From positions 64,001 through 128,000 of the forward strand of contig CAVQUB010000011.1 in the NCBI GenBank assembly GCA_963716725.1: a DNA stretch of 64,000 nt, written 5' to 3'. Below the pieces are notes generated by a model. It ran no database searches. It saw nothing but the letters and a program-made list of their open reading frames with translations, and was not told the DNA's origin. A program made the translations under genes and the position numbers. Below are positions 29,085 to 39,051 of the stretch, piece after piece. Source of the stretch: an uncultured delta proteobacterium (GTDB lineage: Bacteria > Myxococcota_A > Polyangia > Polyangiales > Polyangiaceae). Positions within the stretch are counted from its first letter, which is position 1, and each line of letters begins with the position of its first letter.

Positions 29085-31817
29085 ATGGGCACGCACCTTT
29101 TCCCACCTGGAGATCCCGGAGTCCTCTACGTCGTGGACCTCTCGAGCTACCTCCTGCGGGCCTACCACGCCATCGGCGAGCTCTCGAGCCCCAGCGGCGA
29201 GCCCACCAACGCCACCTTCGGCACGGTCAGCATGCTGGAGCGCTTGGTCCGAGAACGGCGTCCCGCCCTTTTACTGGTGGCGATGGACTCGGGTCGCGAC
29301 ACCTTTCGCCGCGAACTCTACCCCGACTACAAGGCGACCCGACCGCCGGCCCCCGAAGACCTCAAGGTCCAGTTCGCGCGCTGCCAGGAGATCATCGAGG
29401 CGTTCTCCATTCCGGTGCTGAAGGAGCAGGGCGTCGAGGCCGACGACCTGATCGCCGCCGCCGTGCGAAATGCCCGACAGAAGGGGCTGCGAGTGGTGAT
29501 CGTCGGGGCCGACAAGGACCTCATGCAGCTGGTCGGTGACGACGTCGTGATGTGGGACACGATGCGAGATCGCGTGTTTGGCGTGCCCGAAGTCGAAGAG
29601 CGCTTCGGCGTCAGGGTCGACCAACTCCGGGACCTGCTCGCGCTCATGGGTGACAGCAGCGACAACATTCCCGGCGTACCCCACGTGGGACCCAAGACCG
29701 CGCGCGACCTCTTGGTGCAGTACTCGACGCTCGAGGGCGTGTACGAGCACCTCGACCAGATCACCAAGAAGGCCCTGCATCAGAACCTGGAACAGCACCG
29801 CGACAAGGCCCTGATCAGTCAGAAGCTGGTCACCCTGAAGGACGACTCGGTCATCGACTTCGATCTCGATGCCTTGCGCTGGGGCGGGCGCGACGTGAAC
29901 GCACTGCGGCGCATCTACTCCGAGCTCGGTTTCTTGCGCCAGCTGCACGCGCTCGACGCCGAGCCGGAGGCGGCGCGTTCCGACTCGCGAGCGAACCAAC
30001 AAGCAGAGCCGGCGGCGCCCGCCCGAGAGGTGGTCGTCGGCTGCGTGGTCGAACGGGAAGGCCTGCTGAAGCTCGCAGACGCAATCCGCGCCAGCGGCCG
30101 GGTCGCCGTCGCAGCTCAGACCGCAGAGCGCTCGCCGCTCTCGCCCCTGGTGGGCCTCGCGCTGTCCCCCGGGCCGGGCTCGGGTTTCTACGTCCCGATT
30201 GCTCACCGGGCCCTCGGCACTCCGCGACAGCTCGCGCTCGAGGAAGTACGCGAGGTGCTCGGGCCGCTCTTGGCCGATCCGGCCGTGGTCAAGCTCGCAC
30301 ACTGCCTCAAGCACGAGTCCGTTGCCCTCAGCTGGAACGGCCTGGAGCTCGCTGGCGGGCGAGCCGACGTTCAGCTGGACAGCTACCTCCTGGATCCGGA
30401 GCGCCGTCACGATCTCGACGCGATCGCCGAACGCGAACTCGGCGTCGTGCTGCCCGACCTCGACGCACTCACCAAGCCCGCGCGCGGCAAGCGCATCGAC
30501 TTCGATCAGGTGGCGCTCACCGAGGCCACTAGCTACTCCGCGCTCCGCGCCGAGGCCGCGCTGCGTGCTTCGGAGCGGACGGCGCGGCGAGTCGCCGAAG
30601 AGGGCCTGGGGCGAGTACTGGACGAGATCGAGCTGCCGCTGTCCGCGGTGCTGGCAGAGATGGAACTGCGCGGCGTGCTGATCGACGCTTCGCGACTCGA
30701 GGAACTCGGCCGACTTTGCCGAGACGAACTGGCCAGGCTCGAGGCCGAGGCGCACCGCATTGCCGGCCGGCCCTTCAACCTCGCATCACCCCGGCAGCTC
30801 GAGGCGCTGCTCTTCGACGAGCTCGGGCTGACGCCGCTGCGCCGGACCAAGACCTCGCGTTCCACCGACGCGGACACGCTCGAGGCGCTGGCCGACGAGC
30901 ATGCTCTGCCCCGGGTGATCCTCGAGCACCGGCAGGTCGCCAAGCTGAAGGGCACCTACATCGATGCACTTCCGGGGCTGATCAACCCGAGGACGGGTCG
31001 CGTACACACCTCCTGGGAGCAGGCCGTCGCCGCCACCGGGCGCCTGTCGAGCGTCGATCCCAACCTGCAGAACATCCCCATCCGCAGCGAGCTCGGGAGA
31101 GAAGTACGCAGCGCCTTCGTCGCGCCCGCGGGGCACCTGATCGTGAGCGCCGACTATTCGCAGATCGAACTGCGGGTGCTCGCGCACCTCTCCAAGGATC
31201 CGGTGCTCTGCGATGCATTCAAGAACGGACAAGACGTGCACACTCGCACCGCGATGGAGGTCTTCGAGGTGGACGCCGACAGCGTCACCTCCGAGATGCG
31301 ACGACGTGCCAAGGCCGTGAACTTTGGAGTGATCTACGGCCAAGGCGACAGCGGCCTGGCCAAGAGCCTGGGCATCTCCCGGGCTGAGGCTTCGAACTTC
31401 ATCGCGACCTACTTCCGCCGCTACGAGGGCGTGCGACGTTTCATGAACGAAACTCTGGACGGCGCCCGCGCCAGCGAGTTCGTGCACACCATTTCGGGAC
31501 GGCGCCGCCTGGTCCCCGAGATCAAGAACGGGAATCGACAGAAGCGCCTCGCGGCGGAACGCGTCGCCATGAACGCGCCCATCCAGGGCACGGCCGCGGA
31601 CATCCTGAAGCTGGCGATGCTGTGCTTCCGTGAGCCGCCCACACCGGGCGCGCGCATGGTTCTGACCGTGCACGACGAGCTGGTGTTCGAAGTGCCGGAG
31701 GGCGAGGTGGAGGCGGCGAAAGCGCGAATCAAGCGCGGAATGGAGGGCGTGCTTTCGCTCGATGTGCCGCTGGCCGTGGACGTCGGCGCCGGGGTGACGT
31801 GGAAGGACGCGCACTGA
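29085..31817 (+). CDS. polA: DNA polymerase I
   Basis: 5' nuclease motifs (RAYHA, EADD, DKDLMQL, GDSSDNIPGV) and polymerase motifs ADYSQIELR, RRAKAVNFG, VHDEL. Confidence 0.98.
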   Translation: MGTHLFPPGDPGVLYVVDLSSYLLRAYHAIGELSSPSGEPTNATFGTVSMLERLVRERRPALLLVAMDSGRDTFRRELYPDYKATRPPAPEDLKVQFARCQEIIEAFSIPVLKEQGVEADDLIAAAVRNARQKGLRVVIVGADKDLMQLVGDDVVMWDTMRDRVFGVPEVEERFGVRVDQLRDLLALMGDSSDNIPGVPHVGPKTARDLLVQYSTLEGVYEHLDQITKKALHQNLEQHRDKALISQKLVTLKDDSVIDFDLDALRWGGRDVNALRRIYSELGFLRQLHALDAEPEAARSDSRANQQAEPAAPAREVVVGCVVEREGLLKLADAIRASGRVAVAAQTAERSPLSPLVGLALSPGPGSGFYVPIAHRALGTPRQLALEEVREVLGPLLADPAVVKLAHCLKHESVALSWNGLELAGGRADVQLDSYLLDPERRHDLDAIAERELGVVLPDLDALTKPARGKRIDFDQVALTEATSYSALRAEAALRASERTARRVAEEGLGRVLDEIELPLSAVLAEMELRGVLIDASRLEELGRLCRDELARLEAEAHRIAGRPFNLASPRQLEALLFDELGLTPLRRTKTSRSTDADTLEALADEHALPRVILEHRQVAKLKGTYIDALPGLINPRTGRVHTSWEQAVAATGRLSSVDPNLQNIPIRSELGREVRSAFVAPAGHLIVSADYSQIELRVLAHLSKDPVLCDAFKNGQDVHTRTAMEVFEVDADSVTSEMRRRAKAVNFGVIYGQGDSGLAKSLGISRAEASNFIATYFRRYEGVRRFMNETLDGARASEFVHTISGRRRLVPEIKNGNRQKRLAAERVAMNAPIQGTAADILKLAMLCFREPPTPGARMVLTVHDELVFEVPEGEVEAAKARIKRGMEGVLSLDVPLAVDVGAGVTWKDAH

Positions 31818-31858
31818 CCCTCGCCATGGGCCCGAGCTTGGACTAGCTTGCGCCCGCC

Positions 31859-33177
31859 ATGCCCGCGAAGGAAAGGCGCCCACACACCCCCGTCGCCGTC
31901 CTGGGTGCCGGTCTGACAGGCATGAGCGCCGCCCTCGCGCTGCGGGAAAAGGGCTCCGGGTTTCGCATCTTCGAGAAGCTGGAGCACCCGGGCGGACACG
32001 CCATCACCCTCGAAGACTCTGGCTTCCGCTTCGATCGCACCGGCCACCTGCTGCACCTCCGCGACGCCGCCATGCGCGAGAAGGTCATGGGGTGGATCGG
32101 CGACGACCACCGGGTGGTGCAACGCAAGAGCGTGATTTGGTCGAACGGCGTCTACACGCGCTACCCGTTCCAGGCCAACACCTTCGGACTGCCACCGGCC
32201 GTCGCCTACGAGTGCGTCATGGGCTTCATCGCTGCGCATTTCGCGGCCAACCAGCTAGCCCGCCAGAACTTCGAGGAGTTCTGCCTGACGCACTTCGGAG
32301 TCGGCATCAGTCGGCATTTCATGATCCCCTACAACTCGCGCCTCTGGGGCGTGCACCCGAGCGAAATCACGGCGGCGTGGTGCGAGCGCTTCGTGCCGCT
32401 GCCGAAGCTCGAGGACGTCATCGCCGGGGCAGTCGGCGCGAGTGATCGGGAGCTCGGCTACAATCAGAGCTTCGTGTACCCGCGCCTCGGCATCGGGGAG
32501 CTGCCGAAGGCCATGGCGCAAGGACCTGCCCGAGCTCGAGCTGGGGCGCGCTCCCACGCGGATCGACGCCACCGCTCGCCGACTGAACTTCGAGGACGGC
32601 GAGACCGTCGACTACGACGCGCTGATCAGCACCGCGCCCCTGCCGCTCTTGATCGACGCCATCGCCGATGCGCCGCCGGAGGTCCGAGCGGCCTCGGCCA
32701 AGCTGCGCTGCACCCCGCTCTACTACCTGGACGTGGCCCTCGCAGTGCCGTGTGGGCGTCCCTACCACTGGATCTACGTGCCCGAGGAGAAGTATCCCTT
32801 CTACCGGGTCGGCTGCTATTCACACTTCTCGGAGGCCATGGCGCCCCCGGGCAAGGCCTGCCTCTACGTCGAGCTCGCGGAGCGATCACCGCCGGATCTC
32901 GGCGAGATCCTGCCGCGCGTGACCGAGGGCCTGATGCGAGCTCGGCTTGATTTCCGCACCGGGTGACGTGGCCTTCGCGCGCGTCCGGAAGATCGACTAT
33001 GCGTACGTGATCTTCGATCACGCCTACTTCGACGCCATGGCGACGGTGAAGGCGTTCCTCGAGCAGAAGCAGATCGTCCCGGCGGGACGCTACGGAAATT
33101 GGAACTACTCATCGATGGAAGACGCCTTGATCTTCGGACGTGACGCCGCCGCTCTTGCCCAGGAGTTGCTGCCATGA
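31859..33177 (+). pseudogene. FAD-dependent oxidoreductase resembling fungal/protozoan-type UDP-galactopyranose mutase; two frameshifts (real or sequencing error)
   Basis: GAGLTG, GFRFDRTGH, YPFQAN, PYNSRLW, WIYVPEEKYPFYR and GRYGNWNY are spread over three frames. Removing one base near 32519 and one near 32936 restores a single ORF. Confidence 0.8.
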
Positions 33178-33887
33178 GCGACCTGCCGCAAATCTCCATC
33201 GTCATCCCCGTCTACAACGAGGAAGGGATCCTGCACTCGGCTGTGGTCGACCTGCGCGAGCGCTTGGCGCCGCTGGGCTGGCAGTACGAGATCATCCTCG
33301 CCGAGAACGGCTCCCGGGACCGGACCATCGAGATCGCCAAGGAGCTCTCGAGCAAGTACCCCGAGGTCCGCCACATCTCGGCCGGCGAACCCAACTACGG
33401 CAAGGCCCTGCGCAAGGGCATCTTCCACGCGCGGGGCGAGCTCGTGCTCTGCGACGAGATCGACCTCTGCGACACCGACTTCCACCAACGGGCGGTGGAG
33501 CTGCTCGATGGCGACCGGGCGGACATGGTGATCGGCTCGAAGCTGATCGGCGGCGCCTCCGACGAACGCCCGTTGCTCCGGCACGCCGCCAGCGTATTTT
33601 ACACCGGGCTCTTGCGCGTGTTGCTGGGATTTCGCGGCACGGACACCCACGGCCTCAAGGCGTTCCGCCGCGCGACTCTGCTGCCCATGGTGGAGGCCTG
33701 CCTGGTCGAGAAGGACGTGTTCGCGAGCGAGTTCGTGATTCGCGCGTACCGCAACCAACTTCGCGTCATCGAGATCCCCGTCCGCATCATCGAAAAGCGT
33801 CCGCCTTCCATCAACCTCTTCAAGCGGGTGCCCAACGTCCTGAAGAGCGTGGTCAAGCTCACCTGGGCGATCCGAGTGAAGGGCTGA
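33174..33887 (+). CDS. GT2 glycosyltransferase, polyprenol-phosphate sugar synthase (DPM1-like)
   Basis: ISIVIPVYNEE, ENGSRDRT, NYGKAL, DEID, VIGSK, TDTHGLKAFRR; ATGA overlap with the upstream gene. Confidence 0.9.
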   Translation: MSDLPQISIVIPVYNEEGILHSAVVDLRERLAPLGWQYEIILAENGSRDRTIEIAKELSSKYPEVRHISAGEPNYGKALRKGIFHARGELVLCDEIDLCDTDFHQRAVELLDGDRADMVIGSKLIGGASDERPLLRHAASVFYTGLLRVLLGFRGTDTHGLKAFRRATLLPMVEACLVEKDVFASEFVIRAYRNQLRVIEIPVRIIEKRPPSINLFKRVPNVLKSVVKLTWAIRVKG

Positions 33888-33923
33888 CGCCGGCCTCGCG
33901 GGCGTTATACCCTCCGTCGCGCG

Positions 33924-35742
33924 ATGGCGAAGGAGGTCGTAGTCGAACGGGTCGTTGCTTGCACCGCGAGCGCGGCGCTGCTGTGGCCGCTGATCACGGA
34001 CACTGAGCGACTGAACCGCGCCGTCGGGCTGGGGCGGCTCCACCTGGCGCCAAACGATGACGCGAGCGCGGCTCGGCACCTCGTGAGCACCGTCTCGGGG
34101 GGCTTTCCTCTCGAGTACGAAGAGCGACCCTTCGAGTGGGTGGAGCCAAGTCGCTTCAGCGTCCGGCGAGACGTTCGGCGAGGTCTGGTCACCCGGATCG
34201 TGAACTCCTTCGAGCTCCAGCCGTCAGACAACGGAGGCACGCGCGTGACCGTGCGCATCGCCGCACTGCCCAAGTACGGCGTGATCGCCCCGGTGCTGAG
34301 GTTGCAGGTCGGGCGCTCCCTGAGTCGCATCGCGAGCTACATCGAGCAAGTCGACGCGGGCCTCGGCAAAGTCGACGCGCTCGCGCTGCACACGGCGCCA
34401 CTCAACGACTCGAGCTTGGCCCGCCTGGCCGAGCCCTACGTCGAGGGCTTGCCGCCCGCCATGCGCGCGGCGGGCGAGTCCTTGGTTGCCCTCGTGCGCT
34501 CCGGCTCGGACCTCGACGTCGACCGCATTCGCCCCTTCGAGCTGGCCGACGCTTGGAAGATGGATCGCAACCTGGTGCTCGCGGCCTGCTTGCATGCCGT
34601 GGGTGCCGGTCTGCTCGAGCTGTGCTGGGATTTGATTTGTCCAAGCTGTCGCACCGCCTCAGAGCGCAGCCGGAGCTTGACCGAGCTGGGAGCCCACGCG
34701 CACTGCCAACTCTGCGACATCTCCTTCGACCTGGATCTCGAATCGGGCGGTCGAGGCGACCTTCCGCCCCACCGAGGGCATCCGCAAGGTCGACGAGGGG
34801 CCCTACTGCGTCGGTGGACCCGCGCGCACGCCGCACGTGCTGGCGCAGGCGGTGCTGCCCGCGTCCGGCCGGGTGGAGCTGGTCGCGCCGACCAAGCCCG
34901 GACGTTATCGCCTCTTCGTGCGGGGTGGTCCCGCGGCGGTGTTGCGGGTGGCCGCCGGGGGTGCACCGGGTCTCGAAGCGAAGGCCAGCGCCACGACGCT
35001 CGAGCCCGCGCAGGCCAATCTCGCGCCCGGCGCCAGCATCCTCGTTTCGCAGGACGACGCGCGCGAACGACACGTGAAGCTCGAGCGGGTGGACTTCGCC
35101 GAGGTCGCCGCGACCGCCCACCACGTCAGCATGTTCCCGGAGTTTCGCCGCCAGTTCGCCGGACAGGTGCTGCGGCCCGGGTTGGCGCTGCGCGTCGCAC
35201 GGATCGCGCTTCTGTTCACCGACCTGACCGGCTCGACCGCGCTCTACACCGAGGTCGGCGACGCCCGGGCGTTTCGCGTCGTGCAGAGCCACTTCGAGCT
35301 GCTCGAGCGCTTGGTCGCTGCCCACGGCGGAACGGTGGTCAAGACCATCGGCGATGCGGTGATGGCGGCCTTCGTACGTGAAGAAGACGCGGTACGAGCG
35401 GCCGCAGCCATGCACCGCGAGTTCCATGCCTTCCGCAAGACCGAGGCCGACGCAGACGCGCTCAGCCTGAAGATCGGAGCCTTCGCTGGCCCATGTTACG
35501 CGGTCACCGCCAACGGCGTCCTCGACTACTTCGGTCAGACCGTGAACGTGGCGGCGCGCCTGCAAGGCGCGGCGCATGGCGGTGAGCTCGTCCTGGCTGA
35601 CAGCTTGGCCGACACCGCTCAGCGCCTGGGCTGGTTCGACGCGGCCCTTCCGCGGGAGCGCTTCGCCGCCGAGCTCAAGGGGCTCTCGGAGCCGCTGGTC
35701 GCCGCCCGGGTCGTGATGGACGAAGTCGCCGCGTTGCGCTGA
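33924..35742 (+). pseudogene. Class III adenylate cyclase with an SRPBCC-like N-terminus and a CxxC-CxxC (DUF5939-like) region; one frameshift (real or sequencing error)
   Basis: LFTDLTGST, KTIGDAVMA, DYFGQTVNVAARLQ; CPSC...CQLC. Removing one A at 34741-34742 joins ...FDLDL to DRAVEATFRP...YCVGGPARTPHV. Confidence 0.82.
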
Positions 35743-35764
35743 CCCAGCTCGGCTCCCTCACCGT

Positions 35765-36424
35765 TCACCAGCGCTCGACGCGCCAGCCGCGCTGGTTGGC
35801 GAGGCGGCGCAGGCGTGCGTCCGGGTTCACGACGATCGGCTCGTCGACGTGCTCGAGCAGCGGCCAATCGGTGATGCTGTCGGAGTAGAAACACGAGCGC
35901 TCGAGCTGGAAGCCATGCTCGGCGGCCAGGCGCGCGGTTCGCGTGATCTTGCCCTTTCCGTAGCACATCGGCGGTTTCAGCTTGCCGGTGAAGCGGCCGG
36001 AGGAGTCGACATCGAGCTCGGTGCACACGACGTGTTCGATGCCGAGCTCCCGCGCCAACGGCTCGGCGGCGTAGCGCGTCGCGCCGGTGACGATGACCAA
36101 GACGTCGCCCGCATCGCGGTGGCGTCGTACGGCCTCGCGTCCGCTGTCGGTGACGTGAGGCAGCACGTAGTCGCGAAACCAGCCGCGACAGCGGTCCTCC
36201 ATCCAGGCTTCTTCTTTTCCGCGGTACGAGGCGAGGGCGCGCTCCGCGACCTTCTCTGCGTCGATGACCCCAAGGGTGTATTTCAGAAGCCACCAGGCCA
36301 CCCGCAACGAGTATCCGCGGCCAACCTCACCGAGATCGCGCTGGTAGCGCACGTAGAGGCTGGCCGTATCACGCCGGATCAGCGTGCGGTCCATGTCGAA
36401 GAGTGCGGCGCGGCGCAGCGGCAT
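35765..36424 (-). CDS. HAD-IB family phosphatase (SerB-like)
   Basis: FDMDRT, IVTGA, GKGK, FYSDSITD, VNPD; TACAAT 6 nt before the ATG. Confidence 0.92.
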   Translation of the reverse strand: MPLRRAALFDMDRTLIRRDTASLYVRYQRDLGEVGRGYSLRVAWWLLKYTLGVIDAEKVAERALASYRGKEEAWMEDRCRGWFRDYVLPHVTDSGREAVRRHRDAGDVLVIVTGATRYAAEPLARELGIEHVVCTELDVDSSGRFTGKLKPPMCYGKGKITRTARLAAEHGFQLERSCFYSDSITDWPLLEHVDEPIVVNPDARLRRLANQRGWRVERW

Positions 36425-36492
36425 CGGGAGATTGTAGTGGCTTCCTCGTTTCGCATGCACTCCCCTCCTCGAAGGGCTATCACCCGGCCTCG

Positions 36493-39051
36493 ATGCAGCC
36501 TTTGCCCATCGACCCGCTCCTGCCCGAGATCGCGGCGCGGCTGCGCGAGCACGGTTCGCTGGTCCTCTCGGCCGAGCCCGGCGCAGGCAAGACCACTCGG
36601 GTGCCAATCGCGCTCTTGGAGGCGGGGCTGGCCGGTGCCGGAGAAATCTGGGTCAGCGAGCCGCGGCGCCTGGCGGCTCGGCTCGTCGCTCGACACGTCG
36701 CCTCCGAGCGTGGCGAACGCATTGGCGGACGCGTCGGCTACCGGGTGCGCTTCGAAGATGTCTCCGGCCCGGAGACCCGCCTCTGCTACGTGACGGAGGG
36801 GGTTCTGGTCCGACGTCTGCTCACGGACCATCGACTCGACGGGGTGGGGCTGGTGATCCTCGACGAGTTCCACGAACGCAGCTTGTCCACGGATCTAGCT
36901 TTCGCCCTGGTGGCTGCGCTGAAGCGACGTGAGCGACCCGACCTCGGCTTGGTGGTGATGAGCGCCACGCTCGACGCCGCGCCGGTGTCCGCCTTTCTCG
37001 GCGGCTGCCCGGTGATCGACAGCCCGGGTCGCGCGTTTCCCCTCGAGATAGAACACCACGAGCGCCCGGACGATCGTCCGCTCGAGAAACAGGTGGTGAG
37101 CGCTGTTCGCGAACTGGTGCGCGAAGAAGGCGACGTCTTGGTGTTCTTGCCGGGCGCGGCCGAGATCCGACGCGCCGAAGAGAACCTGAGCGAGCTGGCC
37201 AGGAGCGAGAGCTTGCTCGTGCTTCCGCTGCACGGCGATCAGAGCGTCGAAGAGCAGAGCCGAGCGGTGGAGCCGGCATCGCGACGCAAGGTCGTGCTGT
37301 CGACCAACGTCGCCGAGACCAGCGTGACCATCGACGGAGTCACCGGGGTGGTAGATTCGGGGCTGGCGCGCGTCGCTCGCCACTCCCCCTGGACCGGGCT
37401 GCCGCGACTCGAAGTCGCCAAGGTGAGCCGCTCGTCGGCGACGCAGCGCGCGGGTCGCGCCGGCCGGACACGCCCCGGTCGGGTGCTCCGGCTCTACACC
37501 CGCGGCGATTTCGAGGCTCGTCCGGAGCACGACGCGCCGGAGATCCGTCGCGCCGATTTGAGCGAAGCCCTGCTCACGCTGCACGGCGCCGAGTTCGGCG
37601 GCTTCGGCGCCCTTGCCTGGCTCGACGCGCCCCCCGCAGCGGCGACCACCGCCGCGGAGGGCCTGCTCTCGACCCTCGGGGCAGTCCGCGACGGGCGCAT
37701 CACGAAGGTCGGCCGACGTATGCTCGCGTTCCCGCTTCACCCGCGCCTCGCCCGCGTGATGGTCGAGGCCGAAGGGCTCGGAGTCGGCCGCCGCGGGGCA
37801 CTGGCCGCAGCGCTGCTTTCGGAGCGCGACATCCGCCGCGCCGCTCGCACCGCCTTCGGCAGGCGCACGAATCTCGACGCTGCCCGCGGCGACTCGGACG
37901 TGATCGAGCTGATGGACCGATTCGACGAAGCCCGCGACGCACGCTTCGATGCACAGGCGCTCGCACGCATGGGGCTCGACCGCCGATCCGTGCGGGCCGT
38001 CGATCGTGCCCGCTCTCAACTCGAGCGACCGCTGCGAGACCGCGCCGAAGACGGACCGCGCGATCTCGTCGACGAGGAGCGCCGGATTCGGCGCGCCCTG
38101 CTCAGTGGGTTCGCCGATCGGGTCGCGCGGCGAGCCCGCGCCGGCGCCGCCGACTTGGTGTTCTCTCGAGGCGGAGGCGCAAAGCTCTCGGAGGACAGCG
38201 TCCTGCACGACGCGCTCTTGATGATCGCCGTCGACGTGGAGGAGCGCGCCGGCAGGGGCGGCAACGTGGTGCGGTTGGCCAGCGCCATCGAGGCCGACTG
38301 GCTCCTCGACCTCGACCCCGATGCGCTCGAGCAGAGCGACGACTTGGTCTGGAACGCCGAGAGCAAACGCGTAGACCGCGTCGAGCGATTGAGCTTCGGC
38401 GCCCTGGTTCTGGACGAGTCGCGGACACGGGCACGAGCTTCGGAGGGGGCGTCTCGGGTCTTGGCCCGCGCCGCGCTTTCATCTGCAGAGATCCTGTCGG
38501 CCGGAGCTGGCCTCGACACGCTCTTGCGCCGCATCGAGCTGGCGCGAGAACACCTGCCGGAAGCCGCCTTCCCCGCCCTGGGACCCGAGACCCGCGCCGA
38601 GGCCGTCGAGGCAGCCTGCGCCGGCATCACCAGCCTCGAAGAGCTCTGCGTCACCCCCCTCTCGATGGGTGTGCTCGCTTCGCTGTCGAACGATCAGCAA
38701 CGTCTGCTCGCGGCGGAGCTGCCCGAACGCGCGCGCCTCGGCCCAGGGCGGAGCGTCGAAGTGCACTACGAGCCCGGTCGCCCGCCCTGGATCGAGTCGC
38801 GCCTGCAAGACTTCTTCGGATCGGCAGCCGGACCGAGCCTGTGCCGTGGTCGCCTGCCCTTGACCTTGCACTTGCTCGCACCCAACCAGCGCGCCGTGCA
38901 AGTCACCACGGATCTCGAGGGCTTCTGGCAGCGTCACTACCCCGGGATCCGCAGAGAGCTGATGCGACGCTATCCGCGCCACGGCTGGCCCGAAGACGGT
39001 CGACACGCGGAGCCCCCCCCGCCCCGACCTCCGCGCCGACCGCTCAAGTGA
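36493..39051 (+). CDS. hrpB: ATP-dependent RNA helicase HrpB
   Basis: AEPGAGKTT, PRRLAAR, DEFHER, SAT, TNVAETS, QRAGRAGR, C-terminal LLAPNQRAVQVT.DL..FW...Y...RYPRH.WP. Confidence 0.95.
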   Translation: MQPLPIDPLLPEIAARLREHGSLVLSAEPGAGKTTRVPIALLEAGLAGAGEIWVSEPRRLAARLVARHVASERGERIGGRVGYRVRFEDVSGPETRLCYVTEGVLVRRLLTDHRLDGVGLVILDEFHERSLSTDLAFALVAALKRRERPDLGLVVMSATLDAAPVSAFLGGCPVIDSPGRAFPLEIEHHERPDDRPLEKQVVSAVRELVREEGDVLVFLPGAAEIRRAEENLSELARSESLLVLPLHGDQSVEEQSRAVEPASRRKVVLSTNVAETSVTIDGVTGVVDSGLARVARHSPWTGLPRLEVAKVSRSSATQRAGRAGRTRPGRVLRLYTRGDFEARPEHDAPEIRRADLSEALLTLHGAEFGGFGALAWLDAPPAAATTAAEGLLSTLGAVRDGRITKVGRRMLAFPLHPRLARVMVEAEGLGVGRRGALAAALLSERDIRRAARTAFGRRTNLDAARGDSDVIELMDRFDEARDARFDAQALARMGLDRRSVRAVDRARSQLERPLRDRAEDGPRDLVDEERRIRRALLSGFADRVARRARAGAADLVFSRGGGAKLSEDSVLHDALLMIAVDVEERAGRGGNVVRLASAIEADWLLDLDPDALEQSDDLVWNAESKRVDRVERLSFGALVLDESRTRARASEGASRVLARAALSSAEILSAGAGLDTLLRRIELAREHLPEAAFPALGPETRAEAVEAACAGITSLEELCVTPLSMGVLASLSNDQQRLLAAELPERARLGPGRSVEVHYEPGRPPWIESRLQDFFGSAAGPSLCRGRLPLTLHLLAPNQRAVQVTTDLEGFWQRHYPGIRRELMRRYPRHGWPEDGRHAEPPPPRPPRRPLK

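Noticed and set aside
28734..29092. Apparent overlap between long N-terminal extensions of polA and the kinase (likewise hrpB/HAD at 36403-36607 and pilC/hydrolase at 12407-12915)
   Set aside because: ORF-caller extensions. Homology begins at internal starts (29085, 28969, 36493, 36424, 12837, 12914), leaving normal divergent spacers.
32510..34750. Programmed ribosomal frameshifting as the explanation for the split genes
   Set aside because: No slippery sequence or stimulatory structure at the junctions, and two shifts in one enzyme gene is implausible.
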